A stretch of 64,000 nt of DNA from Clostridia bacterium. Its GTDB lineage: Bacteria; Bacillota; Clostridia; Christensenellales; Pumilibacteraceae. The notes beneath the pieces were generated by a model. The model made no database searches. It saw only the letters and a program-made list of their open reading frames with translations, and was not told where the DNA came from. A program made the translations under genes and the position numbers. Shown one piece after another: positions 32,370 to 41,471 of the stretch (the first letter of the stretch is position 1; the number at the start of each line of letters is the position of its first letter). The stretch spans positions 67,537-131,536 of the forward strand of contig CAAGAW010000009.1 of NCBI GenBank assembly GCA_900767465.1. The letters are read 5' to 3'.

Positions 32370-33341
32370 TTATATTTTCAAAACGACTTTGCCCGCGCTC
32401 TTGTTTTCCGCGAGTAGCAGATGCGCTTTCTTTGCTTCGGTTATCGGAAGTTCGGCAAATATCGCAGGCCGTATTTCACCCGCCGAAACCTTGTCCCAAA
32501 GCGTGTCGACGAGCGAAGAGAGTATCTTCCCTTTAAACGATTCGGGCTTCGAGCGGAGCGTACTTCCGACGAGGCGAACGTTCTTAACGTACAACTTACG
32601 CATATCCACTTCGGTAAGGTCTCCGGCAAGCGTTGCTATCATTATCCACTTCGCCATATAACCGAGGTGGGGCAGACACTTGCCCGCAACTTCGCCGCCG
32701 AGACAGTCGATCGCGCAGTTTACCGGTCTGCCTTCCGATTCGAGCCGTTTAAGAATTTCGACTATATCTTCTTTTGCCGTATTCACTATAAGATCGGGTT
32801 TTAACTTCATAACGGCGTCGCGCTTGCTTTCGTCGATAATCGTAGTTACTACGTACGCGCCCATGGATTTTGCCATCGGAATAACGACGCTTGCAAGTCC
32901 GCTCGCGCCCGCGTGCATAAGCACAGTATCGCCCGCCTTTACGCCGCCCTCGATCGCAAGGTTGAGATACGCCGTCGCAAACGCTTCCGGAATCGCCGCC
33001 GCCTCGCGCATACTAACGCCTTTCGGAACCGGCATAACCATAATCTCGTTTACAGTGACGTATTCGGCGTATCCGCCGCCGCCGAGCAGGGCGCATACTT
33101 TGTCTCCGACTTTGAATTTTTTTGCGTTCTTTCCGGTTGCCGCTATCGTTCCCGAAACTTCAAGTCCGGGGTAGTCCGGACAGCCCGCGGGAGGCGGGTA
33201 GCACCCGTCTACCTGCATAAGGTCGGCGCGGTTTACCGCAGCATACTCAACCTTTATAAGTACGTCGCCGTCGCCGATTTTCGGATCGGGAACGTCCGTC
33301 CAAAGTAAGGATTTGTCAGATTGTATCGTTATCGCTTTCAT
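32370..33341 (-). CDS. NAD(P)H:quinone oxidoreductase-like zinc-independent MDR family protein
   Basis: MKAITIQSDKSLLWTDVPDPKIGDGDVLIKVEYAAVNRADLMQ and a GASGLASV-like cofactor loop, typical of Qor-like MDR enzymes. Confidence 0.7.
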   Translation of the reverse strand: MKAITIQSDKSLLWTDVPDPKIGDGDVLIKVEYAAVNRADLMQVDGCYPPPAGCPDYPGLEVSGTIAATGKNAKKFKVGDKVCALLGGGGYAEYVTVNEIMVMPVPKGVSMREAAAIPEAFATAYLNLAIEGGVKAGDTVLMHAGASGLASVVIPMAKSMGAYVVTTIIDESKRDAVMKLKPDLIVNTAKEDIVEILKRLESEGRPVNCAIDCLGGEVAGKCLPHLGYMAKWIMIATLAGDLTEVDMRKLYVKNVRLVGSTLRSKPESFKGKILSSLVDTLWDKVSAGEIRPAIFAELPITEAKKAHLLLAENKSAGKVVLKI

Positions 33342-33344
33342 AAC

Positions 33345-34151
33345 TCAGTCCTCCCACATAAGTAATTGTTTTATTTTGTTCACGTCGCTCATAAGCGGCT
33401 TTTCGGGGTTGCTCATCTCGTAAATTTCGTCATTGCAAAGTACTATGCAAGATCCGAACATAAACGCCGTCGGTCGCACGAATTTTCCGTATTTGCCGCA
33501 AGCTTGGTATAAAAACGGTGTTTTCAGGTTATTTTTCAGATAATTTATCGTGCAAAGTACTATGCAAAGTTCTTCTTCGTTCTTCGCGTTCGCTATTATT
33601 TTGACGATATCCGCGCCGCGACTCTCTATTTCGCGCGCAATAGCCAGAGTTTCCTCTTTCGGCATAACTTTTCCGATATGCGCCGACATCAGAACTTCGC
33701 AACCGAGTTCGTGAAACTTACCGATCAGTTCTTTTTGCTTTTCTATCGCGGTAGGGTTCATTGAAACTTCGTCCGGGTCGTACGCGGCGAAAGAGGCGGC
33801 GCACCCCGTCAGACTGTCGTGCGTGTTTCCTTCGTCGAACGAGTAAATCGGTACGTCAACCGCGGGCAGTCCGAGCCGCGCGCAACCGAGTTTAAGGTCG
33901 TTGAGTTTTGCGTCGTCGCGGCAATCTTCCGTGCGGTAGTTAAGCACCATTACGGGAAGAGACGTCGCGGCTTGAATCTTTGCGATTTCTTCGGGCGTGC
34001 GATATTTTTCGTCCAACCGCTCGGCGTGCAGAATAAATCCGTCCGCGCCGTCCGCCTCGGACTTAATCGCGTCGGCAATACACTCGTCGGTCGAGCGGTG
34101 GATAAGCGACACGACGAGCGCGCCTCTTTTTAGTTCGGTAAATTTTTTCAT
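33345..34151 (-). CDS. type I 3-dehydroquinate dehydratase-like protein
   Basis: Blocks align with AroD in the same order (ALVVSL, ADGFILHAERLDE, IVKIIANAKNEEEL with a candidate catalytic Lys, and an MSAHIG His). Confidence 0.5.
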   Translation of the reverse strand: MKKFTELKRGALVVSLIHRSTDECIADAIKSEADGADGFILHAERLDEKYRTPEEIAKIQAATSLPVMVLNYRTEDCRDDAKLNDLKLGCARLGLPAVDVPIYSFDEGNTHDSLTGCAASFAAYDPDEVSMNPTAIEKQKELIGKFHELGCEVLMSAHIGKVMPKEETLAIAREIESRGADIVKIIANAKNEEELCIVLCTINYLKNNLKTPFLYQACGKYGKFVRPTAFMFGSCIVLCNDEIYEMSNPEKPLMSDVNKIKQLLMWED

Positions 34152-34153
34152 CG

Positions 34154-34558
34154 TCAGTCCTCCACGGTATCCCGGTCAAACAGCGTTACCGGGAAAGAAC
34201 GGTCGTTTATCGGCTCGTCGTAAATTTTGTCGGCGTCGAGCGGGGAAGCGATTCTCTCGTAAACTTTCGTAAAATCGAATCTTGCGTGTGAAATAAGATT
34301 CATGATCGCCGACATATCGTCGCGCGTCGTCCATTCGTTCTGGGAAGATTCTTCGATAGGGCGCGCGGCGGTATGCGCTCCCACGGGTGTTATCCCCGGA
34401 CCGTGAACCTTGCGGTAATGGTCGATCGAAAAATCGGAATTTCGCGTACAGCATAGAAGTGCGACCCGCCCGAATTTCCGCATACAATCAAGAACCCGAT
34501 CGAGTCCTTTCCCAAGTCCGGTAACCTCGACGGCAACGTTCGCGCCTCCCGCTGTCAA
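34154..34558 (-). pseudogene. C-terminal remnant of a zinc-dependent MDR dehydrogenase (sorbitol dehydrogenase-like)
   Basis: Only about 134 codons (VAVEVTGLGKGLDRVLDCMRKFGRVALLC...) are present. An in-frame TAA lies 13 codons upstream of the TTG. The catalytic N-terminal 200 aa are missing, and an AT-rich junction with the opposite-strand AraC gene starts at 34560. Confidence 0.5.
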
Positions 34559-34752
34559 CGTTTTTGCCTTTTTTCGGGGAAATACAGAATACGATTATTC
34601 ATAACCCGATCCTTCGTGCGTCGAATCTTAACGTTATTATACAATAAAACCGGCTCGTTTATCAATACGAAAAACGATTTATTTTTAAGATTTTCGATAC
34701 AACGGGTCGCTATTCGCTTGCGCGCGGAAGTTATCCGTGTTATACTTACGAC

Positions 34753-35520
34753 ATGGAAGATTTTTCGCAAATAAGAATAACCAGAATCGAGTCGGTAATG
34801 ACGGTAAAAAACGAGAAGGGCGTCAACCGTATAATGAAGGACAGGTTTGCGTTTGCGCTCGGATTCTGCCGTTCGGGCAAACTCACTTACGTTCATAAAA
34901 CAACCAAGTACGTGTCCGAACGAACCGTCGCGGTGATTATCCCCAAAGGCAAAACGTACAGCCTGCATTGCGACGAATCGGGCGAGTTTCCGCTAATAAA
35001 CTTCCAGTGCGTCGGATTCAATCCGCCGTCGTTTACCGTGATTCCGCTATCCGATCCCGCGGCGTATCTGTCGATGTTCGAGCGTATCGCGTCATACCGC
35101 ATCGGCGAGAAAAACGAGTTCGCGAGTCTCGGCGCGTTTTACGAAATTCTGTCGATGCTTTTGCGCGAGGGAGGCAACGTAAAGACAATCGGAGCGATAC
35201 AGCCCGCGGTTGATTATCTTGCCGTAAATTTTTGCTCGCCGGGTCTTACGTGCGCGTATCTCGCGCGGCTGTGTTTCACGTCCGAGGCGTACTTTCGTCG
35301 GCTGTTCAACGCCCGCTTCGGAACTTCGCCCGCAAAGTATATAAAATCGCTCCGCATCGGCAAAGCGAAAAATCTTCTCGCGTCGGCAGCGTACAGCGTA
35401 ACGCAAATCGCCGAAAAATGCGGATATTCGTCCGTATACTATTTTTGTCAGGACTTCAAAACCGAAACGGGCGAAACCCCGTCGGCGTACCGCAAAAGAA
35501 CGGGCGAGTGGAGTTATTGA
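34753..35520 (+). CDS. AraC family transcriptional regulator (cupin-like sensor plus AraC HTH)
   Basis: C-terminal YLARLCFTSEAYFRRLFNARFGTSPAKYIKSLRIGKAKNLL...YFCQDFKTETGETPSAYRKR matches the AraC HTH signature. Confidence 0.8.
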   Translation: MEDFSQIRITRIESVMTVKNEKGVNRIMKDRFAFALGFCRSGKLTYVHKTTKYVSERTVAVIIPKGKTYSLHCDESGEFPLINFQCVGFNPPSFTVIPLSDPAAYLSMFERIASYRIGEKNEFASLGAFYEILSMLLREGGNVKTIGAIQPAVDYLAVNFCSPGLTCAYLARLCFTSEAYFRRLFNARFGTSPAKYIKSLRIGKAKNLLASAAYSVTQIAEKCGYSSVYYFCQDFKTETGETPSAYRKRTGEWSY

Positions 35521-35601
35521 TCCCCGCATAAAACGGCAATCGGAAAAAACCGCCTCGGTTTCGTCGGCGGTTTATACTTTACACTTGTACGGTCGCGGTT
35601 T

Positions 35602-36378
35602 TTATCTGTTTATCATTTCTTTCAGCGAGGCTTTCGCGTTTTTTTCGAGTCGCGAAACCTGAGCCTGCGAAATACCTACTTCTTCGCTCACTTCCATCTG
35701 TGTTTTGCCCTCGTAGAACCGCAACATCAGAATTTCGCGCTCGCGTTCTTCGAGACTTTCGATTGCCTGATCGAGAATAACGTTTCCCACCCATTTTTCG
35801 TCCGACGAGGTCTTGTCCGGAATCTGGTCCATGATCATAACCGTTTCGGTTCCGTCGTGATAAACGGGATCGAACAACGAAACGGGATCGGAAATCGCGT
35901 CGAGTGCGTCGGTAACTTTCGCGACCGGAATATCGAGCGCGGCAGCGATCTCGTCGAGCGTTGCTTCGCGACTCAGTTCATGTTCGATTTTGCTTCTTGC
36001 GGTAATCACTTTATAAGCCGTATCGCGTATCGAGCGGCTTACGCGCATTGCCGAACAATCGCGTAAGAATCTGCGTATTTCGCCTATAATCATAGGCACG
36101 GCGTACGTCGAAAAGCGCAGGTTGAGTTCGGTGTTAAAATTGTCCGCGGCTTTGATAAGACCTATGCATCCGACCTGAAAAACGTCGTCGAGCGATTCGC
36201 GCTTGTCGTAAAATCGCCTGATAACGCTCAGTACAAGCCTTAAATTTGCCGTAATAAATTCATTTTTAGCCGTCTCGTCGCCTTTTTGCGCCGCACGAAG
36301 CAAATCCATAGATTTTTCGTGAGACAATTTCGGAAGCGAAGAAGTATCGATTCCGCAAATTTCAACGCGCTTAGCCAT
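35602..36378 (-). CDS. sigG: sporulation sigma factor SigG
   Basis: KRVEICGIDTSSLPKL, NLRLVLSVIRRF, FSTYAVPMIIGEIRRFLRD, DPVSLFDPVY and GKTQMEVSEEVGISQAQVSRLEK match SigG along its full length. GGAGG RBS 7 nt upstream of the ATG at 36378. Confidence 0.85.
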   Translation of the reverse strand: MAKRVEICGIDTSSLPKLSHEKSMDLLRAAQKGDETAKNEFITANLRLVLSVIRRFYDKRESLDDVFQVGCIGLIKAADNFNTELNLRFSTYAVPMIIGEIRRFLRDCSAMRVSRSIRDTAYKVITARSKIEHELSREATLDEIAAALDIPVAKVTDALDAISDPVSLFDPVYHDGTETVMIMDQIPDKTSSDEKWVGNVILDQAIESLEEREREILMLRFYEGKTQMEVSEEVGISQAQVSRLEKNAKASLKEMINR

Positions 36379-36491
36379 ATTTAATCCTCCGTTCAACGCG
36401 TATTTTGCGCCTGCCGGAGCCGTTTTTATACCGATTCCGGACTAAAAAGTAAAAGTATGCGTTTTATCCGCATATAAATAGCGTAGAACTT

Positions 36492-36923
36492 ATGGACTGC
36501 GTGGGTGTAGAATTAACATTTTGCGAATTGCGCGCGAAAGAGGTCGTTAATGCGAGCGACGGACGTAAACTCGGCAGAATAACCGACCTCGTTTTTTCCG
36601 CGGATTCCGGAACGGTAAAGGGGATAGTTGCGCCTTTCACGCGAAGAGGACTGTTCGGTAAAGGGCAGGACGTGTTTATACCGTGGCGTTGTATTCAAAA
36701 GATCGGCGAGGACGTGATTCTGGTCGAAATCGGGTCGACCGAATCGCCTTGCGCCGTCGATCGTCCGCCTTGTCCTCCGCCTTGTCCGCCGCCTCCGCCT
36801 TGTCCGCCGAAAGACGATTGCGGTTGCGATACTTGCAATCCTTGCGATACTTGCGCTCCGCCGTGCGACAAGCGTTGCGAAAAGTGTATGCTTTTCGATT
36901 GCGAGTTTCGTTGGAAAAGATAG
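36492..36923 (+). CDS. ylmC: YlmC/YmxH-family (PRC-barrel) sporulation protein with an unusual 55-aa Cys/Pro-rich C-terminal extension
   Basis: ELRAKEVVNASDGRKLGRITDLVF...DVFIPWRCIQKIGEDVILVEI is the PRC-barrel core. The tail PPCPPPCPPPPPCPPKDDCGCDTCNPCDTCAPPCDKRCEKC was read from the sequence. Confidence 0.7.
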   Translation: MDCVGVELTFCELRAKEVVNASDGRKLGRITDLVFSADSGTVKGIVAPFTRRGLFGKGQDVFIPWRCIQKIGEDVILVEIGSTESPCAVDRPPCPPPCPPPPPCPPKDDCGCDTCNPCDTCAPPCDKRCEKCMLFDCEFRWKR

Positions 36924-37114
36924 TCTCGGACGCTGTAAAGTTGCCGTTTTCGGTACGAACAAGACCGTTTTTTGTAAATTTGCCTCAAATCGTTGGACTA
37001 AACCGCTCAAAAGTTATATAATATACGGGTAGGAAACGCGCGGACGAATAAATATTGACCGCGCGGACAGAAAAAATCCGAATCCGGTTCTATTTTTACG
37101 TTTGGTGGATAAAT

Positions 37115-37567
37115 ATGAAGTGTATGTATTGCGGTTTTACCGAGAGCAAAGTCATCGATTCGCGCGCGTCCGAGGACGGAACGAGTATTCGTCGCCGTCG
37201 CGAGTGCCTTCGTTGCGGCAGACGGTTCACGACTTACGAAACCGTCGAAACGACGCCCGTCCTCGTTATCAAAAACGACGGAACGCGTCAGCCGTTCGAC
37301 GCGTCGAAGATACGTAACGGGATAATCAAATCGTGCGAAAAGCGACCCGTAGCCCTGCACGACATAGACCGTCTCGTAAGCGACATCGAAAAAAAAGTAT
37401 ACAATACACTCGATCGCGAGATTCCGTCCGCACGTATCGGCGAGTACGTAATGGAAGGACTCAAAACGATCGATCAGGTTGCGTATATAAGGTTTGCTTC
37501 GGTATATCGGCAGTTTCGGGACGTAACTAATTTCATCGATCTGATTTCCGGTATCGACAAGGAGTAA
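37115..37567 (+). CDS. nrdR: transcriptional repressor NrdR
   Basis: MKCMYCGF...[12 protein letters not shown] zinc ribbon and an ATP-cone region. The ORF-track start at 37055 is too early; the real start is MKC at 37115. Confidence 0.9.
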   Translation: MKCMYCGFTESKVIDSRASEDGTSIRRRRECLRCGRRFTTYETVETTPVLVIKNDGTRQPFDASKIRNGIIKSCEKRPVALHDIDRLVSDIEKKVYNTLDREIPSARIGEYVMEGLKTIDQVAYIRFASVYRQFRDVTNFIDLISGIDKE

Positions 37568-37570
37568 AAT

Positions 37571-37804
37571 ATGACTTTGGCTCAGGCTCGGACGAACTGC
37601 GTTTATCGCGTACTCGGCGTCGGCGGCGAGGAAACCATGCGCCGCAGATTGCTCGATATGGGGTTTACAAGAGGAACGGCGGTGTACGTCGGCGGAGTTT
37701 CGCCCACCGGCGGAACGGTTCTGGTCGGCTTGAGAAATTTTGCCGTCGCGCTTCGGTCGGACGCGGCGGCGGTAGTTAAGGTCGGAGAGGAAAACCGCGC
37801 GTGA
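37571..37804 (+). CDS. feoA: FeoA family ferrous iron transport protein
   Basis: 77-aa SH3-like protein 3 nt after nrdR. GTGA overlap with feoB. Confidence 0.75.
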   Translation: MTLAQARTNCVYRVLGVGGEETMRRRLLDMGFTRGTAVYVGGVSPTGGTVLVGLRNFAVALRSDAAAVVKVGEENRA

Positions 37805-40044
37805 AGCCGCTTTCCGTTGCCCTCGTCGGTAATCCCAACGTGGGCAAAACCAGCCTTTATAACAGAATTACCCGATCGTTCAATCACGTAGGAAACTGGC
37901 ACGGGGTAACCGTTGCCGAGGTAAGCAAAACGATTAATTACGGCGGCGAAGAGGTTGCGATTTCCGATCTCCCCGGGCTGTACGGACTGTCCGTTTACAG
38001 CGGGGAAGAGGCAATCGCCCGCGACGCCGTTTTGTTTAACGATTACGACGCGGTCGTATGCGTGTGCGAGGTAAACAATCTTCCCCGCAACCTTTATCTC
38101 GCGCTCCAGCTTCTCGAAGCGGAAGTACCTGCGGTTATCGCCGTCAATATGATCGACGAACTCGAAGCGGCGGGAAAAACACTCGACACCGGGGCTCTGG
38201 AGCGGGCGTTCGGCGTACCCGTCGTCGCGGTTTCGGCACAGCGTCGCAATTGCGTCGATGCGCTTATGAGCGTTGCGGTGAAACGCGCAAAAGACAAACG
38301 TTACGCTGCCGCGCGCTTGCCGTATCTTAGTAAATTACCGATCGGAAAGGTAAAATCGGCGGTCGGCGAGAAGATAAAAAAGAGCGGACTGAAAGAAAAT
38401 TACGCCGCGGTAAAGTTACTCGAGCGCGACGCGTTTGCGGAGGGTAAATGCGGCTTAACCGAATCCGAAATCGGGCAAATCGCGAGGTTTGGCGACTTTT
38501 CGGACGAGGCGGCCGCGCTCAGATACGCGTTTATCGACGAGGCGACGGAAGGGGTTATCCGCCCGTCGAAAAGACAGGATAAAAATTGCGGCGGTCGCAA
38601 AAACAACGATACGTATAAGCGTTTTCGCGACAAATCCGAAAATATAAACGTACCTCCCGACGTAAAGAAAGCAAAGGCGAGGTTCGAATCGCGGTCGGGC
38701 AGAATCGACAGAATAGTGCTTAACAAATATCTCGCTTTGCCGTTGTTTTTTTTCGTAATGCTCGCTGTTATAGCGGTAACGTTCGGACTTATCGGCAACA
38801 AACTCGCCGATCTTTTGTCGCGGGCAATCGACGATTTCGTATACCTGCCGACGGTATCGAGGCTTAAAGGGGCAGGCGCGCCGGCGTGGGTCGTCGGACT
38901 TATAGGCGACGGCGTTATAAGCGGCGTGGGCGGCGTTCTCGTCTTTCTTCCGCAAATAGTCGTGTTGTTCTTTTTTCTCGCGCTTATGGAAGACAGCGGC
39001 TACGTAAGCCGCGTAGCGTTTATGACGGACGGTTTTTTTCGTAAAATCGGACTTTCGGGCAGGTCGGTTTTCACAATGCTCACGGGGATAGGTTGCTCGG
39101 CGACCGCCGTTCTTACCGCACGCGGACTCGAGGACGAAACGATGCGTAAAAAGACGGTTATTCTTACCCCGTTTATATCGTGCTCGGCAAGACTTCCGAT
39201 ATATACTACGATCGCTTCGGCGTACTTTGCAAAAGGTAAAATTCTGCTCGTGTTCGCGCTTTATATTCTCGGCGCGGCGGTTTCCGTGATTGCCGCGGCG
39301 ATTATGGAAAAATGTACGAAACGACTGAAAAGCGGGCGACTATCGTTCATTATGGAAATGCCGCCGTATCGTTTTCCGACCGTCGAACGACTCGCTCAGA
39401 TTATCGCTCACAACTGCAAAGTTTTCGTCGTAAAAGTAGGCACCGTGATTTTCGCGTTCAACGTTATCGTTTGGTTACTGTCGAATTTTTCGCTCGTCGA
39501 CGGGTTTACGGATAAGCCCGAACTCAGCCTGCTTGCAACCTTTTCCGGGTTTATCGCGCCGTTGTTCGCGCCGCTCGGCTTCGGTAACTGGCGGGCGGTA
39601 ACCGCGCTTACGGGCGGGTTCGTCGCAAAAGAAATGGTCGTTTCGATTATGGAATCTCTCGGCGGCATGCAGGCGATTTTCACGTCTGCGTATCCGTCGG
39701 TTTCAGCCGCGGCGTTCGCGGTTTATACGCTTTTGTATCTGCCGTGCGTAGCGACTTTCGGCGCGGAAATAAAAGAGGTCGGGTGGAAGTGGACTGCGTT
39801 CGGACTGATTCTCCAGACTTCGGTCGCGTACCTTTGCGCTCTCGTAATAAGGCTTGTCGGAATCGCCCTCGTCGCAAACGCCGGACTTACCGTCGGCGTC
39901 GCCGTTGCAAGTCTTGCCGGCGTCGTCGCTACGGCAAACGCGATTCGCTTTGCATGGGGAAAACGGCTTTGCGCGGGGTGCGAAGGCGGCTGCCGCGGGA
40001 GATGCCGCGCGAAAAACGGGACGCAAAGCCCGTCAAAGACTTGA
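37801..40044 (+). CDS. feoB: ferrous iron transporter FeoB
   Basis: VALVGNPNVGKTSLYN G-domain followed by a polytopic membrane domain. Cys-rich C-terminal tail CAGCEGGCRGRC. Confidence 0.9.
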   Translation: MKPLSVALVGNPNVGKTSLYNRITRSFNHVGNWHGVTVAEVSKTINYGGEEVAISDLPGLYGLSVYSGEEAIARDAVLFNDYDAVVCVCEVNNLPRNLYLALQLLEAEVPAVIAVNMIDELEAAGKTLDTGALERAFGVPVVAVSAQRRNCVDALMSVAVKRAKDKRYAAARLPYLSKLPIGKVKSAVGEKIKKSGLKENYAAVKLLERDAFAEGKCGLTESEIGQIARFGDFSDEAAALRYAFIDEATEGVIRPSKRQDKNCGGRKNNDTYKRFRDKSENINVPPDVKKAKARFESRSGRIDRIVLNKYLALPLFFFVMLAVIAVTFGLIGNKLADLLSRAIDDFVYLPTVSRLKGAGAPAWVVGLIGDGVISGVGGVLVFLPQIVVLFFFLALMEDSGYVSRVAFMTDGFFRKIGLSGRSVFTMLTGIGCSATAVLTARGLEDETMRKKTVILTPFISCSARLPIYTTIASAYFAKGKILLVFALYILGAAVSVIAAAIMEKCTKRLKSGRLSFIMEMPPYRFPTVERLAQIIAHNCKVFVVKVGTVIFAFNVIVWLLSNFSLVDGFTDKPELSLLATFSGFIAPLFAPLGFGNWRAVTALTGGFVAKEMVVSIMESLGGMQAIFTSAYPSVSAAAFAVYTLLYLPCVATFGAEIKEVGWKWTAFGLILQTSVAYLCALVIRLVGIALVANAGLTVGVAVASLAGVVATANAIRFAWGKRLCAGCEGGCRGRCRAKNGTQSPSKT

Positions 40045-40108
40045 CTATCCGCGTTTTTTACCGTATAATAAAGAATACGAAAGCAAAATTTACTGAAGGG
40101 TATGCAAA

Positions 40109-41044
40109 ATGGAAAACGAAAACAGCGTTCAGATCGAAGACACTGCCGTAAAAGCGACTAAAAAACCGCTTTCGAGACTGGCGAAAATTATCATAACCGT
40201 TATCGTGGCGGTTGTGGGCGTAGGCGGTATTCTTGCCGGAATTTTGGTTCCGATTGCGCTCGGAACCCGCGAATTCACCGACGAAGAGGGCGTAAATCCG
40301 CAGGCGACTATCCGTCTTTCCAACGGAATGGAACTCAATTTCGATATTTACGAAAGCGATTGTCCCAACGCGGCGACTAACTTTATCTGGCTTGCGAGCA
40401 TCGGCTATTTCAACGACGTGATTCTGTTCGATTCGCAGCAAGGTTTCGTGCGTTTCGGAGGCTGGACGGACGCTAAAAAAGAGGACGGAACTCCGGTTCA
40501 TCGCGGCGACGACGACAAGAACTTCACCGACAAAATCTCGTTTTCCGAGTGGACGGGTACGGACGGTAAAGTCAACAATTACGACAAGAACAAGTTCGGC
40601 TATCGTCTTCGCGAGGACACCGCGAAAAGAGATCTGACAGGGCAGGTCGGCGCGCTTTCGTTCTGTTACGAACGCAGCGCGACCGAGTTCACGCTCACCG
40701 CGGACGAGAGTTATTCGCTTACTATCGACGGCGACGACAACGGAGCGACTTCGACCCGTCAGTCGTGGAAAGTCGCGCCTTTCGGATTTGCAAGCAATCC
40801 TAAAACCATCGAGAATATCAGGGCTATCGAGTCGCTTTCCCGCGATGACGGTACCGCGTTCAATCACAAATACTTCCGCGCTCCGCTCGACTCGGACGGG
40901 CTTATAAAAATCAAGTCGGTTAAAGTCGTAAAGAAATATTCCGGCAAGTGGAAGAAATTCGACTTCGTCCGCTACGTCAATTCCGGCGGCACGAAAAAGA
41001 CTACCTCGTGGTCTACCGGCAGCCAGAAAAGATCCGGTAACTAA
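40109..41044 (+). CDS. membrane-anchored cyclophilin-type peptidyl-prolyl isomerase-like protein with C-terminal extension
   Basis: One N-terminal TM helix, then ATIRLSNGMELNFDIYESDCPNAATNFIWLASIGYFNDVILFDSQQGFVRFGGW, which follows the cyclophilin consensus. Confidence 0.5.
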   Translation: MENENSVQIEDTAVKATKKPLSRLAKIIITVIVAVVGVGGILAGILVPIALGTREFTDEEGVNPQATIRLSNGMELNFDIYESDCPNAATNFIWLASIGYFNDVILFDSQQGFVRFGGWTDAKKEDGTPVHRGDDDKNFTDKISFSEWTGTDGKVNNYDKNKFGYRLREDTAKRDLTGQVGALSFCYERSATEFTLTADESYSLTIDGDDNGATSTRQSWKVAPFGFASNPKTIENIRAIESLSRDDGTAFNHKYFRAPLDSDGLIKIKSVKVVKKYSGKWKKFDFVRYVNSGGTKKTTSWSTGSQKRSGN

Positions 41045-41068
41045 AGAGTAAAAACAAACGTCACATCG

Positions 41069-41096
41069 AAACCCGAACCCGTCCGTTCGGGTTTTA
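41069..41096 (+). terminator. rho-independent terminator (aaacccgaac...ttcgggtttt)
   Basis: Hairpin plus T-run 25 nt after the stop at 41044. Confidence 0.6.
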
Positions 41097-41471
41097 TCTT
41101 TATAAAACGAACCGTCCGCGACTGTCCCGAATACGCGCCATAGCAGGTTTTTGAGTCCGCACCCGATTGTCATTTCGTGCAAGTTTGGAAAATCCTCCGC
41201 GTTAGAAACGAAAAACAACCGTACACAAATAGCGTAAATACTTGCTCGTAACGTACTCGCGCCGCTGCTTCGATCCGCTCGCCCGCGGTAGCAATGGTGC
41301 GCAACGAACCCGTTTCGTGCCGCTGTCATTGCGAGGAGCGCGAAGCGCGACGTGGCAATATCCAGGAAGAGAAACGTTATTTGTGTTCCCGATGATAGCA
41401 TCAAAAATCTCACGAAACCACGTATAAAATCCGAAAAGTTAACCGAACATTACTTCGGAGGTCGAATTTTT

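Noticed and set aside
34555-34968. 137-aa minus-strand ORF as a possible N-terminus of the truncated dehydrogenase
   Set aside because: Its sequence does not resemble an MDR N-terminal domain. It runs antisense through the AraC gene and an AT-rich intergenic spacer.
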